In this document: piece by piece, positions 1 to 10,411 of the stretch
How the letters are laid out: the number at the start of each line of letters is the position of its first letter
How positions within the stretch are numbered: position 1 is the stretch's first letter
NCBI GenBank assembly: GCA_965223945.1
Contig: CBDCXW010000003.1
Span: 30,841 to 94,840 of the forward strand
Direction of reading: 5' to 3'
Origin: Dehalococcoidia bacterium
GTDB lineage: Bacteria; Chloroflexota; Dehalococcoidia; Lucifugimonadales; CATQGZ01
Length of the DNA: 64,000 nt
Program-made: the position numbers and the translations under genes
Notes under the pieces: model-generated
Databases searched by the model: none
Seen by the model: only the letters and a program-made list of their open reading frames with translations
What the model was told of the DNA's origin: nothing

Positions 1-2618
1 GCTTCCAGCCTCACGGTGCAGGCGCCCGGCACCGCCGCCGGCCCATTCGGACTCGGACCGGCAATGAGACGCGAGTCGTCGTCCCCGGGGGCTTCACGGG
101 GACCCTTGTGGCGCATGTCCCACACGAACCGGTTCATACCGGCTTCCGCCGGGAGCCCGCTAAACCTACTCACCTCGCGCCCCTCCGCATCGAGGAACGT
201 GAGCGCCGCCCCGTCCGCCGACCGCTCCCGCAGGTGGTACGTGATTATCGCCCCCTCTGGAGGATTCTTGCCCGCATCCAGAAAGACGCGGTCCTTCGCG
301 CCATCCGGATTCTCCGTCTCTTCGAAGGTCGCGGCGGCTCCTATGGCGACCCAGTAGTTCTTCCCCGGACCGAACCGCTCCGGGCCGAGCTTGCCGAGAA
401 TGTTCAGCGCGCGGAAGGCCGGCCGGGGCTCGAACAGACGGACCTCGTCCTCTAGCGCCTCCTTCGAAATCACACGGAGCGGCGTCACGTCGTCGAGTAT
501 CCAGAACGACCTCCCGTGGGTAGCGACCACCAGGTCTGCATCCTTGACGAGCAGGTCGTGAATGGGTGTCACAGGCAGGTTCAGTCGCAGCGATTGCCAC
601 GAGGCCCCCGAGTCCGGCGACACATAGACGCCCGTCTCGGTACCGACGTATATCAGGCCGGCCCTCACCGGGTCTTCCCGGACGACGCGCACGAACTCCC
701 CCTCCGGTATCCCGTCGGCTATCGACTCCCAGCTCCTCCCGCCGTCCCGCGTGCGGTACAGGTACGCCGAATAGTCGTCGAGCTTGTAGTTCCACGCCGC
801 GAGCCAGGCCGTGTCCGGTTCGTGGAGAGACAGCTCGATCATGCTCACCGTCGCCCACTCAGGGAGGCCCGGCGGCGTCACGGCGTCCCAGGTCGCGCCA
901 CCGTCTCTCGAGACATGGACGAGGCCATCGTCGGTGCCAGCCCAGAATACGCCGGGCTCGTGGGGCGACTCGGCGAACGAGAATATGGTGCAGTAGACCT
1001 CCGCGCCCGACACGTCGCGGCTGATCGGCCCGCCGCCCGGTTCGCCCTTGTCCGGGTCGTTTCGCGTGAGGTCAGGAGACACCGCCTCCCAGCTCGTCCC
1101 CTCGTCCGTCGAGCGGAAGACTCTGTTGGCGGCGGCGTAGAGGACGTTGGGATCGTGAGGCGATATGACTATCGGGAAGGTCCATTGGAAGCGGTACTTC
1201 ATGTCCCGCGCGCCCAGACCGTACGACATCTCCGGCCACACGGTGATGATGCGCGACTCTCCGGTGGCGTGGTTATACCTGACGAGGGCGCCCCCGCCTC
1301 CAGGCGCGCTGCCGATCGCCCCGGAGTAGACGATGTCGGGGTTGTCGGGTCGCACCGCGACGTACCCGCTTTCCGAAGGCCCGACGGCGTAGCTGTCGGA
1401 GAAGGGGATGGCGCCCTTTATCGACCTGCTGGGAGTGCTGATTGCGCTGTTGTCCTGCTGGGTGCCGTAGACTCGGTACGGGTGCCGAGTGTCGACGGCG
1501 GCATGGTAGAACTGGGCCGTCGGCTGGTTGTATATGGTCGACCACGTCTCGCCGCTGTCGAAGGAGACGCACGCGCCGCCATCGTTCCCTTCGATCATCC
1601 TCCGAGGATCGCGGGGGTCGATCCACAGGTCGTGGTTGTCGCTGTGCGGCGTCGTCATCATCGAGAAAGTGCGCCCGCCGTCGTCCGACCTCCACGCCTG
1701 TATCGGGAGAGTCCACATGGTGTCCTCCCTGGTCGGGTGAGCGAAGATGTGGTGGTGATAGAAGGGGCGCTGCCTGACTATCGTGCTGTCGTTGACGCGC
1801 TCCCAGGTGTCGCCGCCATCGTCCGAGAGCAGCAGGACGCCGTCCTCGGCCTCGACGATCGCCCAGACACGCCCGAAGCGGGCCGGCGACGCCGCTACCC
1901 CTATCCGGCCCTTGATTCCCTCCGGCATGCCGGGCCGGTCAGTCAGATCGTGCCATGTGTCGCCGCCGTCCGTGGACCGCCACAGGCCGCTCTCCGGCCC
2001 GGCCCCGACAAGGCTCCACGGCGTACGCAGCGCCTGCCATATCGCCGCGTACAGGACCCGAGGGTTGCGTGGGTCCATGGACAGGTCGATCGCGCCAGCC
2101 CTCTCGCTCTTGAAGAGGACGCGCTCCCACGTGCCGCCGCCGTTCTTGGAGCGGAAGACTCCACGCTGCGCATTCGGGCCGAAGGCGTGGCCCAGCGCCG
2201 CGACGTAGAGCCGGTCGGGGTCTCGTGGATCGACCCGGACCCGCGAGACGTGCCGCGTGTCGTCCAGGCCGATATGCCTCCACGTCGCGCCTGCATCTGT
2301 TGACCGGTATATGCCATCGCCGTGTGAGACGTTGCTGCGAATGCACGCTTCTCCTGTTCCCGCATATATGACCGAGGGATCGGCGTCCGCCACGGCGAGG
2401 GCGCCCACGGAAGATGATCCGAAGAAGCCGTCCGAGATGTTGCGCCAGTACGTGCCTCCGTCCGTCGACTTCCAGACGCCGCCCGCGCACGCCCCGAAAT
2501 AGAAGGTCTGACGCTCCTCGGGGTCGCCAGCCACCGCCACGACGCGCCCTCCTCTGTGCGGCCCGATCGAGCGCCACCTCAGGGTGCTAAGATGCTCCGG
2601 TCGCAGTCTGATACTCAA
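1..2618 (-). CDS. VPS10/BNR-repeat glycosyl-hydrolase-like protein (3' end runs off the window)
   Basis: Read manually; absent from the ORF track. TTG at 2618 with AGGAGG RBS; MSIRLRPEHLSTLRWRSIGPHRGGRVVAVAGDP...GGVWKSTDGGTYW; many SxDGGxTW Asp-box repeats. Confidence 0.85.
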   Translation of the reverse strand, partial: MSIRLRPEHLSTLRWRSIGPHRGGRVVAVAGDPEERQTFYFGACAGGVWKSTDGGTYWRNISDGFFGSSSVGALAVADADPSVIYAGTGEACIRSNVSHGDGIYRSTDAGATWRHIGLDDTRHVSRVRVDPRDPDRLYVAALGHAFGPNAQRGVFRSKNGGGTWERVLFKSERAGAIDLSMDPRNPRVLYAAIWQALRTPWSLVGAGPESGLWRSTDGGDTWHDLTDRPGMPEGIKGRIGVAASPARFGRVWAIVEAEDGVLLLSDDGGDTWERVNDSTIVRQRPFYHHHIFAHPTREDTMWTLPIQAWRSDDGGRTFSMMTTPHSDNHDLWIDPRDPRRMIEGNDGGACVSFDSGETWSTIYNQPTAQFYHAAVDTRHPYRVYGTQQDNSAISTPSRSIKGAIPFSDSYAVGPSESGYVAVRPDNPDIVYSGAIGSAPGGGGALVRYNHATGESRIITVWPEMSYGLGARDMKYRFQWTFPIVISPHDPNVLYAAANRVFRSTDEGTSWEAVSPDLTRNDPDKGEPGGGPISRDVSGAEVYCTIFSFAESPHEPGVFWAGTDDGLVHVSRDGGATWDAVTPPGLPEWATVSMIELSLHEPDTAWLAAWNYKLDDYSAYLYRTRDGGRSWESIADGIPEGEFVRVVREDPVRAGLIYVGTETGVYVSPDSGASWQSLRLNLPVTPIHDLLVKDADLVVATHGRSFWILDDVTPLRVISKEALEDEVRLFEPRPAFRALNILGKLGPERFGPGKNYWVAIGAAATFEETENPDGAKDRVFLDAGKNPPEGAIITYHLRERSADGAALTFLDAEGREVSRFSGLPAEAGMNRFVWDMRHKGPREAPGDDDSRLIAGPSPNGPAAVPGACTVRLE

Positions 2619-2859
2619 TGGGGTCCTCCTGTTCGACTCTTCATAGCCTGACCGCCGGGGCCGAACGGCCTCCGATTCTATCAGGGAAGGGGAGCCGCCG
2701 CGTCCGCCTGGATTATTGAGACTGCACCGATCCTCCCGGCGCTTGTCGGACTGATGCGGCAGATGGTACAAAGACCGGGGCCAGGGTGCTTACCCCTGGA
2801 AACTCGGCCACACGACGACGCAAATCCACGAGACTGCAAGAAAGGCAACGACGCTCGCA

Positions 2860-3681
2860 ATGGAAAGGTTGACACAACTATCACGGCGACTGACCGAAGC
2901 GCCCGCCTTCGAGCTCGGCATAGTCGCGATCATCATTATCAATGCCCTGCTGCTTGGAGTCGGTACTTCCCCCACGCTGGACCGGGGGTACGGAACCTGG
3001 ATAAGTATCGGATACCAGCTAGCGCTAGCCATATTCATCGTGGAGGCGCTGCTCAAGATGACGGCGTCATCGCCGCGCGTCGCAGGGTACTTCAAAGATG
3101 GCTGGAACGTGTTCGACTTCCTTGTCATAGTGTTCGCGCTGATCCCGGCGACCGGACAGTTCGCGCTGATCGCCCGGCTTGCGCGGCTGCTGCGGGTGCT
3201 GCGGCTCGTATCGACGATCAGAGACCTGCGGTTGATCGTGACCGCGCTCGTCCGTTCGATTCCCAGCGTAGGACACGTCATCATGCTGATGAGCATCATC
3301 GTGTATATCTACGCCATCTTCGGCTACCACCTCTTCAGCGAGCACGACCCCGAGAACTGGCGAAACTTGGGGGTTGCCACCCTGACGCTGTTTAACGTCA
3401 TCACGCTGGAAGGGTGGACTGTGGTCATGTTCACCGCGATGGACCTCCACCCGCTGGCGTGGGCTTACTTCGTCAGCTTCGTGATAGTCGGCACGTTCGT
3501 GGTGATCAATCTGTTCATCGCCATCATCATCAACAATCTGGATGAGGCGAAGCTCGAACGTCTCCGCGACCTGGAGCGCCCCGTGTCAAGGGAAGAGCTC
3601 CTGCGCGAGATCCGGGCCACTCAAGAAGCCCTTCAGCGGCTGGAGAGACGCATGGAGGACAACCAGGGAGAAACGTCCTAG
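2860..3681 (+). CDS. Bacterial voltage-gated cation channel (BacNav/NaChBac-like)
   Basis: Six TM segments, WNVFDF, S4 RLARLLRVLRLV, filter TLEGW, C-terminal coiled coil. Confidence 0.9.
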   Translation: MERLTQLSRRLTEAPAFELGIVAIIIINALLLGVGTSPTLDRGYGTWISIGYQLALAIFIVEALLKMTASSPRVAGYFKDGWNVFDFLVIVFALIPATGQFALIARLARLLRVLRLVSTIRDLRLIVTALVRSIPSVGHVIMLMSIIVYIYAIFGYHLFSEHDPENWRNLGVATLTLFNVITLEGWTVVMFTAMDLHPLAWAYFVSFVIVGTFVVINLFIAIIINNLDEAKLERLRDLERPVSREELLREIRATQEALQRLERRMEDNQGETS

Positions 3682-3690
3682 GGCGGCGGC

Positions 3691-5130
3691 TTAGAAGAGG
3701 TAGTCTTCGCCTACTACCTGGCGGATCAGTTGGCGGGAGCGCTGGCTGTTTCTGACTCGGGTCTCCAGCCTGTCAGGGTCGCACCAGAGCTCCATCACCC
3801 TGTCTATAAGACGCTGCTGCTCTACTCTGTACGCGGGGTCTCCGGCCAGATTATTGAACTCACCGGGGTCCATTTCGAGGTCGTATAGCTCGAGCTCGGG
3901 CGGGTGGCCGTGGCTGTAGCACAGCTTCCACCGTCCCTGCCGGAGCATCGCCCTCGGCCGGTCGGTCCCATGTGCCAGGTGCTCGACGAAGGCCTCGTCC
4001 CGCTCGTTGACAGACTCCCCGTTCAACAGAGGCAGGAGTGACGCGCCGTCCAGGTCCATGAAGGAGGTCTGTCCGGCGTCCATCCCGGCCATCTCCAGCA
4101 TTGTGGCAACGACGTCGACCAGGGTGACAGCGCCTCCAAATCGTTGACCACCCTCGATGACTCCGGGCCAGACGACGTGCAGTGGGACCCTCGCGGCCTG
4201 CTCGTAGAAGTTCATCTTGCGCCACAGGCCGTGCTCGCCAAGCGACTCGCCGTGGTCAGCCGTGTAGATGACGACGGTGTTCTCCGCCAGTCCCTGTTCG
4301 TCCAGTGTGTCCAGGAGCCGGCCGATCTTGTCGTCCAGGTAGCTGATTAGGCCATAGTAGGAAGCCCTGGCACGGCGTATCTCTTCGTCCGTATAGCCCC
4401 AGAATCCGAATGCCTGCCTGAGCCTGCTGGCGGCAGGAGGCAGGTTCTCCAGGTGGCCCGGCGGATTGTTGGGAAGGTCGGCGTGCTCCGGGTAGTACAT
4501 CGAGAAGTGCGGCTCCGGCGTGATGAGGGGGAAGTGGGGAAGATGGAATCCCACGCACAGCGCCCACGGCTGGTCGCGCCGCGACGGGTCGCGCAGGTAG
4601 GCGAGTGCGGCGGTCTCCATTGCGTCGTCGTTCTCTATATGATGGCTGGAGCCGGACCCCGCCTCTTGCACTTTGCCCCACGGCTCGTCCGCCGTTGGGA
4701 CGCCGTCTTCCCACAGGTGCATCGGCGTCCCGCCGTAGACGGCCTTTCCGAGGGGGCCTCCCCGCCTCGGGTCCACCGCGATCTGCTCTCGGAAGCCGTG
4801 AAGGTTGTCCAGGCCAATCAGGTGCATCTTTCCCGACAGCACGCTGTCGTAGCCTATCGACCGCAGCGCGTAAGGCCAAGTCGGAACGTCGGTCGGAAGA
4901 GGCTTCTCGTTGTCCCAACCCTCGCAGTTGGAGACGTATCTTCCCGTCAGGAAGGACAGACGCGACGGGACGCAGAGAGGCGCGTTGCAATACGCGGCGT
5001 CGAAGGTGGCGCCGGCTGCGGCCAGGCGCTCCATGTTGGGCGTCCGGACAAATGGGTGCCCGTAGGCGCCAGACCACATGGGCCCATGCTCGTCGGACAT
5101 GATCACGAGGAAGTTCGGCTGGTCCGGCAT
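3691..5130 (-). CDS. Sulfatase (choline-sulfatase-like)
   Basis: PNFLVIMSDEH, CVPSR formylglycine motif, GKMH, ADHGE; start MPDQ has a GGAG RBS. Confidence 0.9.
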   Translation of the reverse strand: MPDQPNFLVIMSDEHGPMWSGAYGHPFVRTPNMERLAAAGATFDAAYCNAPLCVPSRLSFLTGRYVSNCEGWDNEKPLPTDVPTWPYALRSIGYDSVLSGKMHLIGLDNLHGFREQIAVDPRRGGPLGKAVYGGTPMHLWEDGVPTADEPWGKVQEAGSGSSHHIENDDAMETAALAYLRDPSRRDQPWALCVGFHLPHFPLITPEPHFSMYYPEHADLPNNPPGHLENLPPAASRLRQAFGFWGYTDEEIRRARASYYGLISYLDDKIGRLLDTLDEQGLAENTVVIYTADHGESLGEHGLWRKMNFYEQAARVPLHVVWPGVIEGGQRFGGAVTLVDVVATMLEMAGMDAGQTSFMDLDGASLLPLLNGESVNERDEAFVEHLAHGTDRPRAMLRQGRWKLCYSHGHPPELELYDLEMDPGEFNNLAGDPAYRVEQQRLIDRVMELWCDPDRLETRVRNSQRSRQLIRQVVGEDYLF

Positions 5131-5225
5131 AGGCAGGTCTCCGCAACGTGATGTGGCTGGGGCATAGTAGCACACGTCTCCTCCACACAGCTTCAGCCCC
5201 GCATTAGCAGGCTGCTGAGGAACGG

Positions 5226-5311
5226 CGTGTGCAGAGAGGCGGAGCCCCTTTGCCGGGAGTCTAAGGGTGTCCCTCAGGCTCCATGATCTCTCCCCTTCCT
5301 AGATGGGAAGG
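5226..5311. repeat. Intergenic REP-like repeat (second copy ~15279-15352)
   Basis: GTGTGCAGAG.GGC...GCCCCTTTGCCGGGAGTC..AGG.T..CCCTCAGGC...CTCTCCCCTTCCTA shared by both sites. Confidence 0.7.
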
Positions 5312-5351
5312 GGGCGGGAAAAAGGCCCGGACGAGCTCTTCCTCAATCTAG

Positions 5352-6550
5352 GGATACTCTGAGCAAGTCTGTTGGGATGTCATAGTACCATGTCACCGAG
5401 AAGAGAGAGGATGTTTGGGGTGAACGATGCTATGGACCAGCCAACATTTGCGGATCTGGAATACGACGGCAAGAAGCGCAAGACCCGCCGGGAGATATTC
5501 CTGGAGCGCATGGATAGTCTGATCCCGTGGGATCAGATAGAAGAGCGTATCCGCCCCTTCTATCCCAAGGCGGGCCGAGGCCGAAGACCGTATGAGTTGT
5601 CGGTGATGCTGCGGATACACTGCGTGCAGTTGTTCTACAACCTGAGTGACCCTGGTATGGAGGACATGCTCTACGAGGTCGAGTCGGTGAGACGGTTCGT
5701 AGGTCTGAGGCTGTCAGGCCCGCTGCCGGACGAGACGACGATCCTGAACTTCCGTCATCTGTTGGAAGAGCACGAGTTGGGGCAGAGTCTGTTCGAGGAG
5801 ATCAACCGTCATCTCGAATCCCAGGGACTGCGGCTTCGGGAGGGGACGATCGTGGACGCGAGCATCATCGAGGCGCCGTCATCGACGAAGAATCGTGCTG
5901 GTGATCGCGACCCTGAGATGCGTCAGACGAAGAAGGGGAACGAGTGGCACTTTGGGATGAAGGTACACATCGGTGCGGACGCTGAGACGGGAGTAGTGCA
6001 TAGCATATCTACGACATCGGCGAACGTGCATGACGTGACAGAGGCGCACCGGCTGCTTCACGGCGGAGAGAAACGGGTGTGGGGCGATGCGGGGTATCAG
6101 GGAGTCGACAAGCGTGCGGAGAACCGTGAGTTGGGTGTGGACTGGCAGGTAGCGATGAGGCCCGGCCGGCGACGGCAACTGGGGCAAGGGAGCTGTGAGG
6201 CGCTTGCGGAGAAGCACAAAGCATCGATCAGGGCGAAGGTGGAGCATCCGTTCCTGTACGTGAAGCGGCACTTTGGGTACGCCAAGGTCCGGTACCGAGG
6301 GCTGGCTAAGAACACGCAACGACTGATGTTGCTGCTTGGGCTGACCAACCTGATAACGACAGAGCGTTACCTGGTGGCCTGATGGAGGTGAAGTGCGCCC
6401 AAAACTAAAGAACTGGGCGACGAGACATCCCGGCAGAGCCGTTTTAGGGCGATGGCAGCATCAATCGGCATGCAATAAAAGAGCGGACATCCCCGTCAAT
6501 ATCCCTTCTGTACACCCCATACGGCTTACACGAAGTTGTTCAGAGGTTCC
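5352..6550 (+). mobile_element. IS5-family insertion sequence
   Basis: Imperfect TIRs GGATACTCTGAGCAAG / rc GGAACCTCTGAACAAC; CTAG duplication at 5348-5351 and 6551-6554. Confidence 0.92.
5432..6382 (+). CDS. IS5-family DDE transposase
   Basis: PDETTILNFRHLLE, IVDASII, HFGMKVHIG, GDAGY, RAKVEHPF, KVRYRGL. Confidence 0.95.
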   Translation: MDQPTFADLEYDGKKRKTRREIFLERMDSLIPWDQIEERIRPFYPKAGRGRRPYELSVMLRIHCVQLFYNLSDPGMEDMLYEVESVRRFVGLRLSGPLPDETTILNFRHLLEEHELGQSLFEEINRHLESQGLRLREGTIVDASIIEAPSSTKNRAGDRDPEMRQTKKGNEWHFGMKVHIGADAETGVVHSISTTSANVHDVTEAHRLLHGGEKRVWGDAGYQGVDKRAENRELGVDWQVAMRPGRRRQLGQGSCEALAEKHKASIRAKVEHPFLYVKRHFGYAKVRYRGLAKNTQRLMLLLGLTNLITTERYLVA

Positions 6551-6554
6551 CTAG

Positions 6555-6702
6555 GAGTCTGTCCGAGAAACAATGTTCTAAACGATATGCGTCATTAGTG
6601 GAGTGTAAAGATGCTAATTACTCCACGACAAGGTCCAGATTGCTGTAAGCAGGTTATTGCGTGGCGGGTTTCGTCTCCCGGAACGAATCCTCGGACAGGC
6701 TC
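6555..6702. mobile_element. 148-bp MITE (family A, copy 1)
   Basis: TIR GAGTCTGTCCGAG/CTCGGACAGGCTC, CTAG on both sides; near-identical copy at 26763-26910. Confidence 0.9.
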
Positions 6703-6748
6703 CTAGTAGGACTATAATTAAGCGGATACGGCGATAAGGAGGGTGACA

Positions 6749-7576
6749 ATGGCTGACCAGGGATCGGCGGAATCCAGCTACACGATGGGCTACAGCGAGG
6801 AGTTTCTACAGCTTCTCCATAGACGCAATGCGGATAGAAATGCCGCCTACATGCTGCCACATCTCAGGCCGGGCCTTCGCGTCCTCGACTTCGGCTGCGG
6901 GCCGGGCACCATATCGGTCGGCCTCGCAAGGGCAGTAGAGCCAGGAGAGCTTCACGGCATCGACATGGAGGAGTCACAGATCGATCTGGCCCGGTCCGCC
7001 GCTGAGGCGGGCGGACATGCCAACACGACCTTCCACGTCGGCGACGTGACCGATCTTCCCTTCGAGGACGACTACTTCGACGTCGCCCACTGCCACGCCG
7101 TTCTCATGCACGTTCCCGACACCGAGGCGGTGCTGTCCGAGGTGAAGCGCGTCCTTAAGCCCGGCGGTATCGTCGCCAGCCGGGAAATGTTCGTCGAATC
7201 CTCGTTCCTGGAGCCCAGCAACGAGGCCGTGGACTCAGCGTGGGCCACGTTCTCGAACCTTCTCGCTGCCAACGGCGGCCATCCCCAGATGGGGAAGGAG
7301 CTCAAGAGCAGGTTCCTCGAGGCCGGCTTCTCAGAGGTTCGGACGGGCGCATCCTTCGATTTCTTCGGAGCGGCCGAAGATGTTGCCTTCCTGCATGCCT
7401 TCATACTCGATTGGTTCTATTCACCCAGGGTCATAGAGGCGGCCACCACGTATGGGTTGGCGACTCACCAGCAGTTCGATGAGTGGCGCCAGGGCCTCGA
7501 CGAATGGAGCGACCAGACGGGAGCGTGTGGGGCGTTCGCTTTCGGCGAGGTTATCGCCTGTAAGCCGGGAGTCTAA
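6749..7576 (+). CDS. Class I SAM-dependent methyltransferase
   Basis: VLDFGCGPG, GDVTDLPF, RVLKPGG. Confidence 0.9.
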   Translation: MADQGSAESSYTMGYSEEFLQLLHRRNADRNAAYMLPHLRPGLRVLDFGCGPGTISVGLARAVEPGELHGIDMEESQIDLARSAAEAGGHANTTFHVGDVTDLPFEDDYFDVAHCHAVLMHVPDTEAVLSEVKRVLKPGGIVASREMFVESSFLEPSNEAVDSAWATFSNLLAANGGHPQMGKELKSRFLEAGFSEVRTGASFDFFGAAEDVAFLHAFILDWFYSPRVIEAATTYGLATHQQFDEWRQGLDEWSDQTGACGAFAFGEVIACKPGV

Positions 7577-7592
7577 GGAGGAGGCTGGGGAC

Positions 7593-8696
7593 TTAGGGTG
7601 AGGAGTCCTCGGGCTCAGAAGAGCTCGGGACGTTTACGGCCAAGTCTAGCAGGGTCTCCGTCCACTCCGCGTCGAGCAGGAGCAGGGGCAGACGCCACTC
7701 CTGGTTGGTTTCGGGCCTCACGGGGTCCTCGGGCTTTCCATAGTAGTAGCGACCGTCGGGCGACTTGTCGCCAATCCTGAGGAGGTAGCCGTCCAGGAAC
7801 TCGGTGCCGTAGTCCGTCACGCCGAGGAACCGGAACTCGAACGCAGCAGACTCCTCGTCGATGCCCCAGGCGCTGAAATCTCCGCCCTCTACCAGGGGAC
7901 CTTCCACGATCACTCCCGGAGGGCCGCCTATGAGCGGCGCGATCTCCTTCCACAGCTCGGGGTCGACCGGAACAGCCTCCTTGTCCGGGTCGCGCAGCCA
8001 CCGCACTCCCCACCCGCTCTGGTCCTCCAGGGGCCTGAATAGGGCCGCGGGAGTCTCCGGGTCGGCGGGGTTGTCATGGACGACGTTAAACACCTTCATA
8101 TCCTCTATGCGCCGCTTGGGGTACCACTTGGGGATTGGAGGGTCCTGTGCCAGTCTCGATATCACGTCGCCCCAGCTATCGACTATGAGGAACATCTCGT
8201 CGAATCCCTCGACCTGGGCGTAGTAGCTCCCGCCGTCGGTGGTCTTTTCCCCCAGGCGGAACTGTATGAACCTGCCGCCGCGGAGCCCAATGTCCACCAC
8301 GGTCTGAGGGTCGTCGAGTCCGAACTCTGCCGGATCGTCAATCTTGATGCCGGTGAGCGTGAGGTCCCTGCGGGTCTGAGGCCCGCTGAGCAGAAGGACT
8401 ATACCGCCCCAGCGGCGAAGGTCCGGCGGGATTTTGGGCGGGTCAACGAGCGACCACCAGTTCTGGTCCGTTCGATAGAACCCCACCTCGTCGCCTCGGT
8501 GCTGCACCGAGATATCGACGATGTCGTCCATCGACACCTGGTAGAACCAGGGCGGCTTTTCCTCGGGGGCTTCCTCGCTGGCAAACGGGTTGGGGACCAG
8601 AACGAATATGACATCGGAGCCGCGGACGGTGTCGAAGAAGACCCACGTCGCGAGCAGCGCGACCACCACGAGCCCAGCGGTAACCTTCCAGTTCAT
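7593..8696 (-). CDS. DUF4340-like membrane-anchored protein of Gld-type ABC operon
   Basis: N-terminal TM, repeated FGLDDP / IGDKSPDG-YY motifs, operon position. Confidence 0.7.
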   Translation of the reverse strand: MNWKVTAGLVVVALLATWVFFDTVRGSDVIFVLVPNPFASEEAPEEKPPWFYQVSMDDIVDISVQHRGDEVGFYRTDQNWWSLVDPPKIPPDLRRWGGIVLLLSGPQTRRDLTLTGIKIDDPAEFGLDDPQTVVDIGLRGGRFIQFRLGEKTTDGGSYYAQVEGFDEMFLIVDSWGDVISRLAQDPPIPKWYPKRRIEDMKVFNVVHDNPADPETPAALFRPLEDQSGWGVRWLRDPDKEAVPVDPELWKEIAPLIGGPPGVIVEGPLVEGGDFSAWGIDEESAAFEFRFLGVTDYGTEFLDGYLLRIGDKSPDGRYYYGKPEDPVRPETNQEWRLPLLLLDAEWTETLLDLAVNVPSSSEPEDSSP

Positions 8697-8781
8697 ACCG
8701 CCGCCTCCAGCAGGATGCGCACGCCTGCTCCATCTCGAAGCTCTCCCGCGGCCTTCGAGCTCATACTGACACCCCCCGACC

Positions 8782-10410
8782 TCAGCGTCTCCTCCACCAC
8801 ACGTACGCGCCCGCCAGGATCATCAGAAAGGGCGGGACCAGCCAGCTGGACCACTTGATGAAGTCCCGCTCTCTCGTGTTGACCACCAGCTCCCGGAACG
8901 GGATGACCTTCGGCCGGATCGAGATCAGAGGGATGTCCCCCGCCAGCCAGTTGACCGAGTTCAGGAAGAAGTCCGCGTTGTCGTTGCTGAAGAAGAACTT
9001 ATTGCGCGCGAAGTCCGAATCTCCGAACACTATGACCTTCGCCGGCGGGCCCGCGAAATTGGGCTGCTCGACGGTGCCGTTTGCCTGCAACAGTCCGGCG
9101 ACCGGGAAGGGCCCGATCTGCTCGATGCCCGGCTGGAACTCCACCCTTTCGGGATCGGTTTCCAGCCAGCTTGCCGGGGTCGTTCTTGCCAGCACGGAGA
9201 ACCTCACGTGACTCGGCATGTCCGCCGCGGGCAGCGTCGCGGTTATCGCGGTGACGTCCGGGAAGAAGACGTTATCCACAAGATCGCTTATCCCGAAGTC
9301 TACGAGGGATAGGAACTGACCGTTTGCCCTCTGCACCAGCGGCGTGAGCTGCTGGCCCGCCACATTGCTGATGGCGTCGGCGATTCCGTGAGAACCGACC
9401 AACACACCCCACGGTGCAAGGAGGTCGACGAAAGACTGGGGCGGGTTAGGGTCCAGCAGGGCCACGACGTTTCCGCCGCGCCTGAGGTATCCCGTCAATG
9501 CCGCCGCCTCGTCCTCAGAAAGGTCCTGCTGGGGACTTACGATGAGCAGGACGGCCACGTCGTCGGGCACGCTGCCGAACTGGCTCAGGTTGAGAGGGCC
9601 GACCAGGTAGTTGTCGCGTCGGAGTCCCTCGACCGCGAAGTCGAAGCCCCCCTCCTCCACTTCTCCGGAAAGGAGGTCCCGCGTCTCCCCGGGCTCCTTG
9701 TGACCCGTCAGGAATGCCACATGCTTCTGAGCAATGCCGGTCGCCACCAGTATCCCGGTTACGAAGTCCTGCTCAGTGAATACGGTAACGTCCTCCCGGG
9801 ACTCGGTAGTCCTGTCCTCGAAGACGATGGCGGGGTACTGCAACACGTCGTACTGGACCGCGAGCGACCGGTTCAATTCCGGGTCTATGAAGCGGTATTG
9901 GAAGTTGTTGGTGCGTCGGCTGAACTCGTTGAGGAGGTCTTCCGCCTGCTCGCGATTGGCGTCGGCCGGAGTGAAGAAGGCGTTGGCCCGAACGGGACCA
10001 TCCAGGTCCCTCAGCACATTGACCGTCTGGGGCGCCAGATTGAAGACCCGCGTCGCCGTCACGTCAATGCGTGTCGGGCTCCGGAAGAAGAGGAAGTTGA
10101 TCAGGATCACGATGATGAAGAAGGCTACCGTCATGATGACGATGTTCAAGCCGTACCGCCCCTGCCGCCCCGCGATGAAGCTTGCTATCTCCCGGGGCGC
10201 GAGGACGAGGGCGACGAACAGAAGGATCAGGCCGGCGACCAGCAGCGAAAGCCCCGGACCGGTAAGCCGGTCTATCAGGAAGTAGCCCAGTGCACCAATT
10301 ATCGTCGCCGCGACGCCGGCGACGGCGGCCACGAAGCTCCAGAAAGCCGGGGAGCGTGCAGACCCCTTCAGCGCGTCGATGAGTCCTGTGCCCGGCGATG
10401 GTGCTGCCAT
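8782..10410 (-). CDS. GldG-like ABC auxiliary component
   Basis: RIDVTATRVFNL, FLTGHKE, VFGDSDF, NSVNWL, C-terminal TM then WWRRR. Confidence 0.85.
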   Translation of the reverse strand: MAAPSPGTGLIDALKGSARSPAFWSFVAAVAGVAATIIGALGYFLIDRLTGPGLSLLVAGLILLFVALVLAPREIASFIAGRQGRYGLNIVIMTVAFFIIVILINFLFFRSPTRIDVTATRVFNLAPQTVNVLRDLDGPVRANAFFTPADANREQAEDLLNEFSRRTNNFQYRFIDPELNRSLAVQYDVLQYPAIVFEDRTTESREDVTVFTEQDFVTGILVATGIAQKHVAFLTGHKEPGETRDLLSGEVEEGGFDFAVEGLRRDNYLVGPLNLSQFGSVPDDVAVLLIVSPQQDLSEDEAAALTGYLRRGGNVVALLDPNPPQSFVDLLAPWGVLVGSHGIADAISNVAGQQLTPLVQRANGQFLSLVDFGISDLVDNVFFPDVTAITATLPAADMPSHVRFSVLARTTPASWLETDPERVEFQPGIEQIGPFPVAGLLQANGTVEQPNFAGPPAKVIVFGDSDFARNKFFFSNDNADFFLNSVNWLAGDIPLISIRPKVIPFRELVVNTRERDFIKWSSWLVPPFLMILAGAYVWWRRR

Positions 10411-10411
10411 G

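Noticed and set aside
516-2303. Long shadow ORFs (e.g. 516-2303 +, 50122-51939 -, 41033-42445 +)
   Set aside because: Antisense to well-supported genes; an expected high-GC artefact
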